From Candidatus Spyradenecus sp. (GTDB lineage: Bacteria; Verrucomicrobiota; Kiritimatiellia; RFP12; DVOR01), in the NCBI GenBank assembly GCA_045605345.1, contig JAZUPT010000009.1:5553-69552 (forward strand): 64,000 nt of DNA, given 5' to 3'. A program made the translations under genes and the position numbers. Below are positions 18,665 to 28,076 of the stretch, in pieces. The stretch's first letter is position 1, and the number at the start of each line of letters is the position of its first letter. The notes under the pieces are model-generated. The model was given only the letters and a program-made list of their open reading frames with translations. It did no database searches and was not told the origin of the DNA.

Positions 18665-19780
18665 TTAGAGGTTGAGCGAACGCTTCGAGGCCTTCACCTG
18701 ACGTTCATACTCTTCCTTACACTTGACGCAACGAATCGCGAAGGGGGCGGCACGCAGACGTTCACGCGAAATAGCACACTTGCACATCGAGCAAATGCCG
18801 TAGGTCTTGTTTTCAATCGCACGCAGTGCATCGTCAATCGCCAAGAGGCTCTTGCGCGTATCTTCTGCACGACTCAACATCTCTGCGCGATTGGCCGAAT
18901 TAGAACCATCTTCTTCAACGTTCTCTTCATCTGGACGGCTCAGCGCATCAGTCGACATCGCATTCTGCAGTTTCACCTTCTTTTCGCGCTCTTCAAGCAA
19001 ACGACGCTTGAATTCTTCGAGGTCAGAATCCTTGAAGGGAGAACGCATCACCTGACGCACCGAGCCACCCTTCTTCCCATTATTCTTCGGGCGCAACAAA
19101 CCATAGCGCGGCGTCAATGGAGAGGACGGCTTAATCGTGGTCGGTTCCGTGGTTGGTGTACGCATCCCCGTCGACGGCACAGGGGTTACGGGCGTCTTGG
19201 GAGTGGCCGGCTTCTTCGGTTCCTTGGGCTTGGCCGTGGGCTTAGCAGTTGGCGTGGCCGTAGGCTTGGCGGTAGGTTTAGCGGTAGGCTTAGCAGTTGG
19301 CTTTTCCGTAGGAGCGGGCTTGACCGTGGGCTTCTTCGCCGGAGTAGGTTTAGCCGTAGGCTTCTTCGTAGGAGCCGGTTTTGCCGTGGGCTTAGCGGTA
19401 GGCTTGGCCGTGGGCTTCTTCGCAGGAGCCGGTTTTACCGTGGGCTTAACCGCAGGCTTCTTCGTCGGAGCAGGCTTAACGGGCGCCTTCTTCGCGGGTG
19501 CGGGCTTCGCAGGAGCCTTCTTCGCAGGTGCAGGCTTCGCATCTGGCTTCTTGGCTGGCGCCTTAACAGGAGTCTTCTTTGCAGGAGTAGGCTTTGCCGC
19601 AGGCTTAGCAGGTGCTTTCTTTGCAGGTGCAGGCTTCACGGCGGGTTTTGCGGCAGGCTTAGCAACCGGCTTCTTTGCAGGAGCCTTAGCGGGAGTCTTC
19701 TTGGCAGGAGCAGACTTCACGGCGGGTTTAACAGCCTTTTTGGATGACGTTTTTACTGTTGCTGCTTTTTTCGTTGCCAT
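18665..19780 (-). CDS. TraR/DksA C4 zinc-finger protein with long histone-H1-like Lys/Ala/Pro N-terminal repeats
   Basis: About 190 aa of PAKK/PTAK repeats; C-terminal coiled coil plus IDDALRAI..TYGICSMC..ISRERL.A.P.AIRCVKC. Confidence 0.85.
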   Translation of the reverse strand: MATKKAATVKTSSKKAVKPAVKSAPAKKTPAKAPAKKPVAKPAAKPAVKPAPAKKAPAKPAAKPTPAKKTPVKAPAKKPDAKPAPAKKAPAKPAPAKKAPVKPAPTKKPAVKPTVKPAPAKKPTAKPTAKPTAKPAPTKKPTAKPTPAKKPTVKPAPTEKPTAKPTAKPTAKPTATPTAKPTAKPKEPKKPATPKTPVTPVPSTGMRTPTTEPTTIKPSSPLTPRYGLLRPKNNGKKGGSVRQVMRSPFKDSDLEEFKRRLLEEREKKVKLQNAMSTDALSRPDEENVEEDGSNSANRAEMLSRAEDTRKSLLAIDDALRAIENKTYGICSMCKCAISRERLRAAPFAIRCVKCKEEYERQVKASKRSLNL

Positions 19781-19956
19781 AGTAAACTCTCATGTTCAAT
19801 TGTTTATACGCATCAATGACGTAGCACTTACTCCGTCGCAACGTATCTAATTTAACAAAATTTTCACCCTTCTTCAACACCCTAAATGTATCCTTATCCC
19901 GATTTTTTAAGGTTTTACCCCCAAAATTCTCCCAAAAAACCTTTCAAACATCACTT

Positions 19957-20670
19957 TCAATATTCAAGTGCGTGAATATTCATGAAAAAGTGATGCAGAT
20001 TACTTTCAGGGTTCTGCCACCGAAACGTTCCACACAAGTAGGGTTTTAGGAGTTCAAGCGAAGGAGATTTGTCCCCTACCATCAGTTGCGTCACCTCTAC
20101 AATAACCTCATGTGTTGTATCGATTCGCGAGGAATCTACGCAAATGAGAAGTCCTTCTGGAGAAAGCAATTTCCGCGAACGTGTATTTTGCCATGGAGCA
20201 CTCAGAAAGTTTACCAATGCGCCCTCCGAGTCAAAGACCAAGCACTCACAGGAAAAGTTAACTCGCTTCTTGAGGACTTCATCTGCTGCTCGCATCCGCA
20301 CACCCTTAAAGAGCCCTTTTCGTGTGCACCCTGGATAGCACGATTCTTGCATACATTCAGCGAGGGCGTGCAGCGTAAATTTAAAGGGTTGCGAGTAACT
20401 ATCCACTAAACGCACCTGATAGATTGAATCTTCACCTACCAAACGTTTTAAATCTAATTGCCAATAGCCATTTGTAGCATAAAAACCAATTGATTGCGTT
20501 TCATCAAACGGCACTTCTTCATGCTCTGACGTAAATAAAAATGACACGAGCGTCGCACGATCCACCGTAACTGAACAACCTGCGGCTAAAACAAGGAATG
20601 AAATGAATAAGCATGCGTTTCGTCTAATATCAGAACGAAACCGATCAAATTGCAACATCTTTTTGAGCAT
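19957..20670 (-). CDS. hypothetical protein, possible lipoprotein
   Basis: GGAGG before ATG 20670; hydrophobic stretch ending LAAGC; lower GC than its neighbours. Confidence 0.6.
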   Translation of the reverse strand: MLKKMLQFDRFRSDIRRNACLFISFLVLAAGCSVTVDRATLVSFLFTSEHEEVPFDETQSIGFYATNGYWQLDLKRLVGEDSIYQVRLVDSYSQPFKFTLHALAECMQESCYPGCTRKGLFKGVRMRAADEVLKKRVNFSCECLVFDSEGALVNFLSAPWQNTRSRKLLSPEGLLICVDSSRIDTTHEVIVEVTQLMVGDKSPSLELLKPYLCGTFRWQNPESNLHHFFMNIHALEY

Positions 20671-20729
20671 TAAGACCTCCTCACTCCGGGTTCTCTTAAG
20701 CAAAATCGCATCTACCACCTTTAGTGGCA

Positions 20730-21428
20730 TTAGAGTGGACCCTTAAAATACGAGAAAGAGGATTTGGGTCTTTCAAAATCTCCATGGATGGCCCAATGCC
20801 GCTTCTTGTGGTTGTATGAAAACGCAACCGCTCCCCCCTCTTTCTGTGAATACGACACCGTTATCGCGCTTGGCGGGCACTCCATAAAGAGTTCATTCCA
20901 TGAGCGAGTCTCAATTGGGAGTTGCGTCACGTGTTCAAATTCAGACCGCGACAGTGCGTCATGCCGTTCAAACTGCACATCAAGCTTGTTCAATTTTTCG
21001 CCAACAAATACGCACACCAAGCGCCCTTCATACCCTCCGACCGCCTCAAAGGTATAATTCCAAAGGCTGTAACACCATCCTGTGTTATTAAAAAGCACTT
21101 CTACCATTTGCTCAAGTGAATGTACTTCAATATTGTGATACTGTCCCGTCAAAATCCTTTTAGAAACGGTCGCATCAAGTGCATCTTCAGGCACCTCGTC
21201 CTTGAGGTAAAAGTAAAGCATACGATTGGGGATGCCGACGCGTCCCACGATCTCTTGAAAACGCATTTCACAATTGCATTGTTTAACAAATGTGAGTGCA
21301 TTTGAGAGGTTGATAACAGCTTCAAATCTCTCCCGTTGAGCACGGCGCTTATAACCGTTATACACGAAAAAAGCGGCGATTAATAGCACGAAGAGGATGG
21401 AGAATCGGACTAACCACTTTTTATTCAT
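20730..21428 (-). CDS. hypothetical protein with N-terminal membrane anchor
   Basis: GGAGA before ATG 21428; MNKKW followed by a TM helix and basic residues. Confidence 0.6.
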   Translation of the reverse strand: MNKKWLVRFSILFVLLIAAFFVYNGYKRRAQRERFEAVINLSNALTFVKQCNCEMRFQEIVGRVGIPNRMLYFYLKDEVPEDALDATVSKRILTGQYHNIEVHSLEQMVEVLFNNTGWCYSLWNYTFEAVGGYEGRLVCVFVGEKLNKLDVQFERHDALSRSEFEHVTQLPIETRSWNELFMECPPSAITVSYSQKEGGAVAFSYNHKKRHWAIHGDFERPKSSFSYFKGPL

Positions 21429-21462
21429 ACGTCTCTCCACGAGTTCAATGCATAAAAATGAC

Positions 21463-22101
21463 TCAAATCGCAAAGGTCGCTTTTAAAAATGGCGCCAAAT
21501 CTTGCAAGGAGGGAATTACGGGAAAGCCCCACTTGCGTAATCGTTCCTCTGTTTGATGCCCTGCAGAACATAAGACACAGTTCCACCCCTGTGCACGCGC
21601 CACTTCCGCGTCATGTTCTGTATCACCGACCAAGACAATCGGCGCCTTTAATTTTAATGCCGCTGCCGCATCAGCCTTTGAAGCGCCATCATAGGAGCGA
21701 CTGCCACTGATGAAATCCATCCAATGCGCAAGGCCAAATTGCTCTAACTGCAGTTCCAGTAGTCCCTGCTCCAATGCCGAAAGTACCCCTTGGCGAACGC
21801 CCGCAGCGTGCAAGGCCATTACCGTCTCTGCGGCATGGGGTTGCAACTTCAGATGCTTGGAGAAGAGATAGCGCATGTGAAAACTCTCCCCAATATTCTC
21901 CCAATCTTCCGCATCCACCGGAATCAAGCCTAAGCGTTCATAAAAATGAATCACCGGAAAGCCAAAGTGATTTCGATAGTAGTCACGATCCACTGGGGCG
22001 AGTTGGCGCGCACGCAATAACACATTTAATGCATCCAAACACGCCTGGAGATCATCCAGGAGGGTGCCATTAAAATCCCAAACAACGGTTAACTCGCGCA
22101 T
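21463..22101 (-). CDS. HAD family hydrolase (phosphoglycolate phosphatase-like)
   Basis: WDFNGTLLDD motif I, LSA motif II, VGDTEHDAEVA motif IV. Confidence 0.9.
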   Translation of the reverse strand: MRELTVVWDFNGTLLDDLQACLDALNVLLRARQLAPVDRDYYRNHFGFPVIHFYERLGLIPVDAEDWENIGESFHMRYLFSKHLKLQPHAAETVMALHAAGVRQGVLSALEQGLLELQLEQFGLAHWMDFISGSRSYDGASKADAAAALKLKAPIVLVGDTEHDAEVARAQGWNCVLCSAGHQTEERLRKWGFPVIPSLQDLAPFLKATFAI

Positions 22102-22106
22102 AACCT

Positions 22107-23225
22107 TTAATCAAACGAAACAACTTTTCGTGTCTTGGGTTCACTATCATCACTCTCAAGTTCAATTGTCTTTCGGCCAACGCTCACAATCACCCCCGTC
22201 GCCAAGATGGAGGAGAGCAAACAGGAGCCGCCATAAGACAAGAAGGGCAAGGCCAAGCCCTTCGTTGGGAAGACATTAGTCGCCACGGCCATATTGGAGA
22301 CGCCTTGGACACAAATCAACATTGTTGAGCCAAAGGCCAATAAGATGCCCTGCTTATCTTTCGCACGAAAGGCGATTACCGAGCCGCCACACAACATTAA
22401 GAGGAAGACTCCCCAAATGGTTGCCGTGGCCACAAAGCCAAAATCTTCTCCAATCACTGCAAAGATAAAGTCGGTGTGACATTCTGGCAGGTAGTTCTCC
22501 TTCTGCATCCCGCGCCCCAACCCCACGCCTGTCACGCCTCCATTTTGAAAGGCAATCTTGGACTGCTTCGCCTGATAGTTTTCATCATTCTGTTCATTCA
22601 TCAGACGGCGCACGCGGTTCTGGTTGGTCAAAAGCAATGCACCAATGATTACCAATCCACACCCGCCCAAAAGCAAACAACGCTTCCAGCCCACACCTGC
22701 GAGCAACATCGTGATTCCCGCCAGGAAGCAGACAATCATCGTACCACCAAAGTCGGGTTGCAACAAAAGTAATCCTGCCACCGCCCCAAGGATACCGCCT
22801 GGCACCAAAATACCCTGATTCCACTTTGCGATGCGCCCCCCAATCGTCTCATAGTAGGCTGCGAGGAACATCACCATCATCAACTTCACAAATTCAACCG
22901 GTTGCACACTTAAGGGCCCCAAGCGAATCCAGCGCAACGATCCCTTAACCGCCTTTCCGACACCCGGCACTTGCACTAAAAGCAAGGAGAAAATCATCGC
23001 CCCCGCAATCATCCACAAAATCATTGGCCGCTTGTAAAACCGATAGTCGGTCCAATAGAGCACCGCCGCCCCCACAAGTGCCACCCCAAAGTAAATCAAC
23101 TGCATAAAAAAGTGGTGCATCACTGCATCAGACTGCGTCTTCCCTGCATGTGCAATCACCAACACCCCAAACAAGGCCAACAAAATCGTCAGCACAATCA
23201 TCGTATACGTCCAAAACTTCAACAT
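22107..23225 (-). CDS. ftsW: SEDS family peptidoglycan glycosyltransferase FtsW
   Basis: RWIRLG..VQPVEFVK, LQPDFG, YLPECHTDFIFAVIGE, PTKGLALPFLSYGGS. Confidence 0.9.
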   Translation of the reverse strand: MLKFWTYTMIVLTILLALFGVLVIAHAGKTQSDAVMHHFFMQLIYFGVALVGAAVLYWTDYRFYKRPMILWMIAGAMIFSLLLVQVPGVGKAVKGSLRWIRLGPLSVQPVEFVKLMMVMFLAAYYETIGGRIAKWNQGILVPGGILGAVAGLLLLQPDFGGTMIVCFLAGITMLLAGVGWKRCLLLGGCGLVIIGALLLTNQNRVRRLMNEQNDENYQAKQSKIAFQNGGVTGVGLGRGMQKENYLPECHTDFIFAVIGEDFGFVATATIWGVFLLMLCGGSVIAFRAKDKQGILLAFGSTMLICVQGVSNMAVATNVFPTKGLALPFLSYGGSCLLSSILATGVIVSVGRKTIELESDDSEPKTRKVVSFD

Positions 23226-23345
23226 CTTTAACCTCTTTGATTACTCAACACCAAACACGCCAATCCATCTTCACCCATTAGGAGTCCTGGCCACGCGAAC
23301 CTTCCATCACCCCATTAAACAATACCACCTAAAGACCTTTTGCGG

Positions 23346-23376
23346 AAAAAAAAGCGCGGGCACACCGCGCTTTTTT
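23346..23376. terminator. terminator after the LysM gene
   Basis: A8-GCGCGG...CCGCGC-T6. Confidence 0.75.
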
Positions 23377-23397
23377 CAATCCGCATAAAGCCATGGA

Positions 23398-24522
23398 TTA
23401 CTTCACCGTGGCAGGCATCGGCAAACGAAGCGTGGTACCAGGCACCAATTCCGGAGCGGTCGCATCGTCAAAACCATTCAGTGCGCGCAATTCTGCGGGA
23501 GAAACACCCCACTTCATTGCAATACCCACCAAATCTTCACCTTCCTGAACCACATACACGCGTTCGCTCTGTTCGATAGCAGGTGCAGCTTCAGGTGCAG
23601 CAGGGATGGGTTCGGGCGGCAAGAGTGCATCTTCGCCAGCCTGTTCAGGGAGAGCCTCTTCCACGACAGGTGCGGGCACTTCAGGTGCCGGAGCAGGAGG
23701 CAATTCTTCCACCACAGGTGCGGGCACTTCAACAGGCTGCTGAACAGGAGCATCCTTCGGCGTCACGACCGGACCAGGTGCGGGCTGCTTCTTTTCTGCG
23801 GGCTTGGCGACCTTCTTTTCAACGGGCTTCTTCGTAGCGCCAGGGATCGTCAACTTCTGACCGACCCAAATCATGTCCTTCTTCAGGTTGTTTGCGCTCT
23901 TAATCGCAGCCACAGAAACGCCATGCTTGATTGCAATGCCACCAAGCACATCGCCGGACTTAACCACATACACGACCGAACCTTCCGGACGCTTTGCATT
24001 AGCAGGCTGTGCAGAAGAAGCACGACGCTGAGCCTTCTTCGTCACATCCGTACCTGCAGGCAAGAGCACCTTCTGGCCGATGCGCAAATCGTTCGGGTTC
24101 TTACGAAGATTGGGGTTCAATGCCAAGATGTCAGGGCGACGCACGCCAAAACGAACGGCCAATGCGCTCACCGAGTCACCTGCGGTCACGGTGTATGCCA
24201 CCGGCTGAGGGTGCACCGTCTTCACGAGTTCGGCCTTCTGTTCAGGTGCTGCTTCGGGAGCAGTTTCTGCAGGCGTAGCGGCAACTTCAGGTGCTGCAGT
24301 TTCTGCAGGGGTCACTTCTGCGGGGTTCGTTTCTGCAGGGGTGACTTCAGGAACGGTTTCTTCGCAAACCGCAGCTTCCATTTCCTGGGTTTCAGCCGCG
24401 GTGACTTCCGTTGCTTCCATCTGAGACTGACGAGCTGCAGCCTCCTGCTTCGTGGCACAACCAGTGAACACTGCCGCAGTTGCAGCGGTCAGACAAACAG
24501 CAAAAAGTGCTTGTTTCTTCAT
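23398..24522 (-). CDS. lipoprotein with three LysM domains and Pro/Glu/Ala-rich linkers
   Basis: Lipobox FTGC; YTVTAGDSVS, YVVKSGDVLG and YVVQEGEDLV LysM starts. Confidence 0.9.
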   Translation of the reverse strand: MKKQALFAVCLTAATAAVFTGCATKQEAAARQSQMEATEVTAAETQEMEAAVCEETVPEVTPAETNPAEVTPAETAAPEVAATPAETAPEAAPEQKAELVKTVHPQPVAYTVTAGDSVSALAVRFGVRRPDILALNPNLRKNPNDLRIGQKVLLPAGTDVTKKAQRRASSAQPANAKRPEGSVVYVVKSGDVLGGIAIKHGVSVAAIKSANNLKKDMIWVGQKLTIPGATKKPVEKKVAKPAEKKQPAPGPVVTPKDAPVQQPVEVPAPVVEELPPAPAPEVPAPVVEEALPEQAGEDALLPPEPIPAAPEAAPAIEQSERVYVVQEGEDLVGIAMKWGVSPAELRALNGFDDATAPELVPGTTLRLPMPATVK

Positions 24523-24783
24523 ATAAAAAACTCCAACAAATTTAATCTCGAGCAAACCGTTGCTCAACCCCTTAATAATACCACAACCACCGTGCCCGTC
24601 TCAACATTAAATTAATGACAATCGCGGAAAAACAATTATTTCTCACACGAAGATGCACCCTACCATAGACGCCCCCACGCCCTTTCGTCCTCTGCCCCCT
24701 GCTTCGCTACACATTTCCCCAAACCGCCCTCATCCTTTCACCAAACCTGCTCGCGCCACCCCACAGCATCCTTGCTTAACAAC

Positions 24784-24817
24784 AAAAAAGACGACTGATT
24801 CGAAAATCAATCGTCTT
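24784..24817 (-). terminator. terminator after tRNA-Cys
   Basis: AAGACGA..TGATT/AATCA..TCGTCTT hairpin with an A tract on the + strand (T tract on -). Confidence 0.7.
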
Positions 24818-24823
24818 CAAAAA

Positions 24824-24897
24824 TGGAGGCGCGAATCGGAGTCGAACCGATCTAAAAGGATTTGCAGTCCTCTGCCTAACCGCTTGGCTATCACGCC
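24824..24897 (-). tRNA. tRNA-Cys (anticodon GCA)
   Basis: GGCGTGATAGCCAAGCGGTTAGGCAGAGGACTGCAAATCCT...GGTTCGACTCCGATTCGCGCCTCCA, 74 nt. Confidence 0.97.
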
Positions 24898-25092
24898 CTA
24901 AAACGCCGATAATAATAGCAAAACCTTTTCTTCTCTGCAAGCCTTATTTTTGTTTTTCTTCATTTTTCTTCATTTTCTCACCTGGATCAACCCATGTAGA
25001 GGCATCCGTTACGAGATTTTTGTACCTCACACAGTGTAAAACCGCCCCCTCGCGCCACGCTCCCCTATTCTTTTTCTCCTATTAAAAATATT

Positions 25093-25121
25093 AAAAAAAC
25101 TCCACGGCACACCGTGGAGTT
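25093..25121 (-). terminator. terminator after the lepA operon
   Basis: AACTCCACGG/CCGTGGAGTT stem followed by T tract on - strand. Confidence 0.8.
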
Positions 25122-25165
25122 GATTTAAAGGTAAAAGACACTACCTTATAGATAAAAGGGCACGC

Positions 25166-25684
25166 TTAGACACCTGGCCAAGCCATCTTCTGCCAAAAGA
25201 GCATCACCAAGATGGCCACGCAGGTGCCAGTCAACATCCCACCGAGCACTTCAGTGCGCGTGTGGCCCAACATTTCCTTCAGCGGCTTCGCAGAAAAACG
25301 GTGTTCTTTGAAGACCTGGCGTGTCATCTTATTGAGCAGTCGCGCCTGCAAACCTGCCGCACGACGCACGGTGGCCGCATCAAACATCGTAATCGTTGCT
25401 ACGACGCTCGCCACAATCGTTATTGGGTGTTGCCATCCCAGACCCAGACCCAGGCTCACAAAGACCCCCACGACCAGAGAAGAATGTGCGCTCGGCATGC
25501 CGCCAGTGCTCATCAAGTAGGTGAAGTCCAAGCTCTTTGTGCGAATGGCTCCGCGCGTCATCTTAATAGTCTGCGCAACGCACCACCCCATGAAACCACT
25601 CCAAAAGTAGGGATTCATGAAGTACTGCCAAAAGCCCCAATGCAATGCATCCACTGCTTCCGTCACTGCTACAGGATCGCTCAT
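25166..25684 (-). CDS. divergent PAP2 family membrane protein (DUF212)
   Basis: STGGMPSAHSS, MFDAATVRRAAGLQA, LKEMLGHT. Confidence 0.9.
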   Translation of the reverse strand: MSDPVAVTEAVDALHWGFWQYFMNPYFWSGFMGWCVAQTIKMTRGAIRTKSLDFTYLMSTGGMPSAHSSLVVGVFVSLGLGLGWQHPITIVASVVATITMFDAATVRRAAGLQARLLNKMTRQVFKEHRFSAKPLKEMLGHTRTEVLGGMLTGTCVAILVMLFWQKMAWPGV

Positions 25685-27507
25685 TTTTCCTCCGAAGTTC
25701 CTCGCAGCACGGCAATAAACGCACTCTGAGGCACATTCACTGAGCCAAATTCCTTCATGCGCTTCTTACCTTCTGCCTGTTTCTTCAACAACTTTTGCTT
25801 ACGGGTCACGTCACCGCCATACAACTTTGCCGTCACATCCTTACGGAATGGGCGAATGTCTTCGCGTGCAATAATTGTTCGGCCGATGCAGGCCTGCACT
25901 GGAATCTTGAACATGTGCGGCGGGATCGTCTCACTCAATGCCTTACACATCTGCTTACCGCGTGCCACCGCACGATCCTTATGCACCATGCAGCTAAAGG
26001 CATCGACGGGTTCCGAATTCAAAAGGATATCCATGCGCACAATGTCGCTGGGCTGATAACCGTGCGGTTCGTAGTCCATTGATGCATAGCCGCGCGAAAT
26101 TGATTTCAACGTATCGTGGAAGTCAATCAAGATTTCGTTCAACGGCAAAATGCACGTCAAAATGACACGTTGCGCGTCCAGTGTCTCGGTGCAGTCCACG
26201 ATACCGCGACGCTCCATCACCAAACGCATAATGTCGCCCATGCAGTTGCTCATCGTAATGATGCGCGACTTAATCATCGGCTCTTCAATCATCTCAATGC
26301 GCGTCACATCTGGCAACATCACAGGGTTGTCAATTTCCATCACGGTGCCGTCCTTCAACGTCACCTTGTAAATCACCGCGGGATGTGTATTGATGATGTC
26401 AAGCTGGAACTCGCGACGTAAGCGTTCTTGCACCACTTCCATGTGCAACAACCCAAGGAAGCCGCAACGGAAACCAAAGCCCAGCGCCACCGAACTCTCC
26501 GCATGGAACGTAAACGCAGAGTCATTTAAGTGCAGTTTTTCCAACCCCGTACGCACCTTGTTGTACTCATCCGTACTGACAGGATAGATACCGCAGAAGA
26601 CCGTCGGGTGGATTTCCTTAAAACCATTGAGGGGTTCATCGGCACCATCACGATCATTGGTCAGCGTATCCCCAATCTTAATTTCAGACGGATCCTTAAT
26701 CGCACCAACGATATAGCCCACCTGACCCGCTTCCAAACGATCCACCGGCTTCTGCGAAGGGGAGAAGATACCCACTTCCTTCACTGGCGTTGACTGTCCC
26801 GTGCTCATAAAGCGCAGGGCATCCCCCGCGCGAATGCATCCATCCACCACGCGCACATAGGTAATCACACCGCGGTAGATATCAAAGACCGAGTCAAAGA
26901 CCAACGCACGCAAAGGCCCACCTGCCTTCTCTGTCTTCGGTGGCGGAATGCGTGCAATCACCTCTTCAAGCACCTCGGGCACACCTTCGCCCGTCTTTGC
27001 AGAAATCTTCAATACAGGATCAACAGGAATCCCGAGCACATCTTCAATCTGATGAATCACCCCTGGCACATCTGCACTCGGCAAATCCACCTTGTTCAAC
27101 ACCGGGATGATTTCCAAATCGGCATCAATCGCCAAGTACGCATTGGCCACCGTCTGTGCTTCCACGCCCTGAGCCGCATCCACGACCAAGATAGCCCCCT
27201 CACACGCACCCATCGCGCGACTCACCTCATAGGCGAAGTCCACGTGTCCAGGCGTATCAATGAGATTTAAACGGTAGGCCTGCCCATCCTTCGCCGTATA
27301 CTCCATCGTCACCGGATGGCTCTTAATCGTGATGCCACGCTCACGCTCTAAATCCATTGCGTCAAGCGTCTGCTCCTTCAACTGACGAGGATCAATCGCC
27401 TTCGTCAATTCAAGGATACGATCCGACAACGTGGTCTTGCCATGGTCAATATGGGCAATAATGCAAAAATTACGCGTACGTTCCAATTCAGTCATAGTCA
27501 TACTCAT
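25681..27507 (-). CDS. lepA: elongation factor 4
   Basis: RNFCIIAHIDHGKTTL, LIDTPGHVDF, GFRCGFLGLLH, RKDVTAKLYGGD. Confidence 0.98.
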   Translation of the reverse strand: MSMTMTELERTRNFCIIAHIDHGKTTLSDRILELTKAIDPRQLKEQTLDAMDLERERGITIKSHPVTMEYTAKDGQAYRLNLIDTPGHVDFAYEVSRAMGACEGAILVVDAAQGVEAQTVANAYLAIDADLEIIPVLNKVDLPSADVPGVIHQIEDVLGIPVDPVLKISAKTGEGVPEVLEEVIARIPPPKTEKAGGPLRALVFDSVFDIYRGVITYVRVVDGCIRAGDALRFMSTGQSTPVKEVGIFSPSQKPVDRLEAGQVGYIVGAIKDPSEIKIGDTLTNDRDGADEPLNGFKEIHPTVFCGIYPVSTDEYNKVRTGLEKLHLNDSAFTFHAESSVALGFGFRCGFLGLLHMEVVQERLRREFQLDIINTHPAVIYKVTLKDGTVMEIDNPVMLPDVTRIEMIEEPMIKSRIITMSNCMGDIMRLVMERRGIVDCTETLDAQRVILTCILPLNEILIDFHDTLKSISRGYASMDYEPHGYQPSDIVRMDILLNSEPVDAFSCMVHKDRAVARGKQMCKALSETIPPHMFKIPVQACIGRTIIAREDIRPFRKDVTAKLYGGDVTRKQKLLKKQAEGKKRMKEFGSVNVPQSAFIAVLRGTSEEK

Positions 27508-27717
27508 TTAATGCGTACATTTTAGCACAAATTTCACGCTTACGCACGCGCGTTCCCAGTCCTTAACGCCTCACCCCTAAGAAGCCGCTCTCACAAGCCT
27601 CCTATCAGAACTCTTCTCTCTACACACACTAAAAGTGTAGCAAAACGGAGACAAGTAGTCAACTCCGCTCACTCGAGTCAGTTAAAATCCCGCGAAAAGT
27701 AGGCGGTTTTCCTTTGG

Positions 27718-27801
27718 GAAAATGGGCGACTTTGCCTACCCAATTTCGCCCATTTTGCTCATCAATTTCGCCCATATTGCAACTCAATTTCGCCCATATT
27801 G
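27718..27801. repeat. iteron-like array: three direct repeats at 22-bp period plus one inverted copy
   Basis: CAATTTCGCCCATWTTG at 27741, 27763 and 27785; degenerate inverted copy AAAATGGGCGACTTTG near 27719-27734. Confidence 0.85.
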
Positions 27802-27841
27802 ACCCGGAATTCCTTTAGCTTTCCTCCAAAAAGCTCCCAAT

Positions 27842-28076
27842 TGTTGATAACTTTTCTACCACTTCTACCCCAAAATTTCGCAAGGAAGCCGCTGTAGCGG
27901 AGTTGATTTCGCCCTATTTTTGACTTATCTCTTTATTTCTCAAGGAGTTATGTAGTTTTAACAAAGTCGAGCAAAAGTGCTGAAAAACTACCGAACCGCC
28001 GAAGGATTTTCAAAAAACTGCGTCGAAAAAGGTGAATTGTTGATGACTTGTTGATAACTCAAAAAAGTTTTCAACA
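27842..28076. promoter_or_regulatory. cluster of DnaA-box-like 9-mers
   Basis: TGTTGATAA 27842, TGTTGATGA 28038, TGTTGATAA 28049, TTTTCAACA 28068 (1-2 mismatches to TTATCCACA). Confidence 0.5.

Noticed and set aside
19137-19850. 237-aa Gly/Ala/Phe-rich ORF resembling a membrane protein
   Set aside because: It is the reverse complement of the PAKK repeats of the DksA-like gene.
25045-25058. 14-mer CCCCCTCGCGCCAC, also found at 46884-46897
   Set aside because: It is short, low-complexity, C-rich and present in only two copies, which is insufficient for a REP-like family.
27741-27801. CRISPR interpretation of the 22-bp array (and of the 33-bp array at 39296)
   Set aside because: The spacers are only about 5 bp, the copies are few and there are no cas genes.
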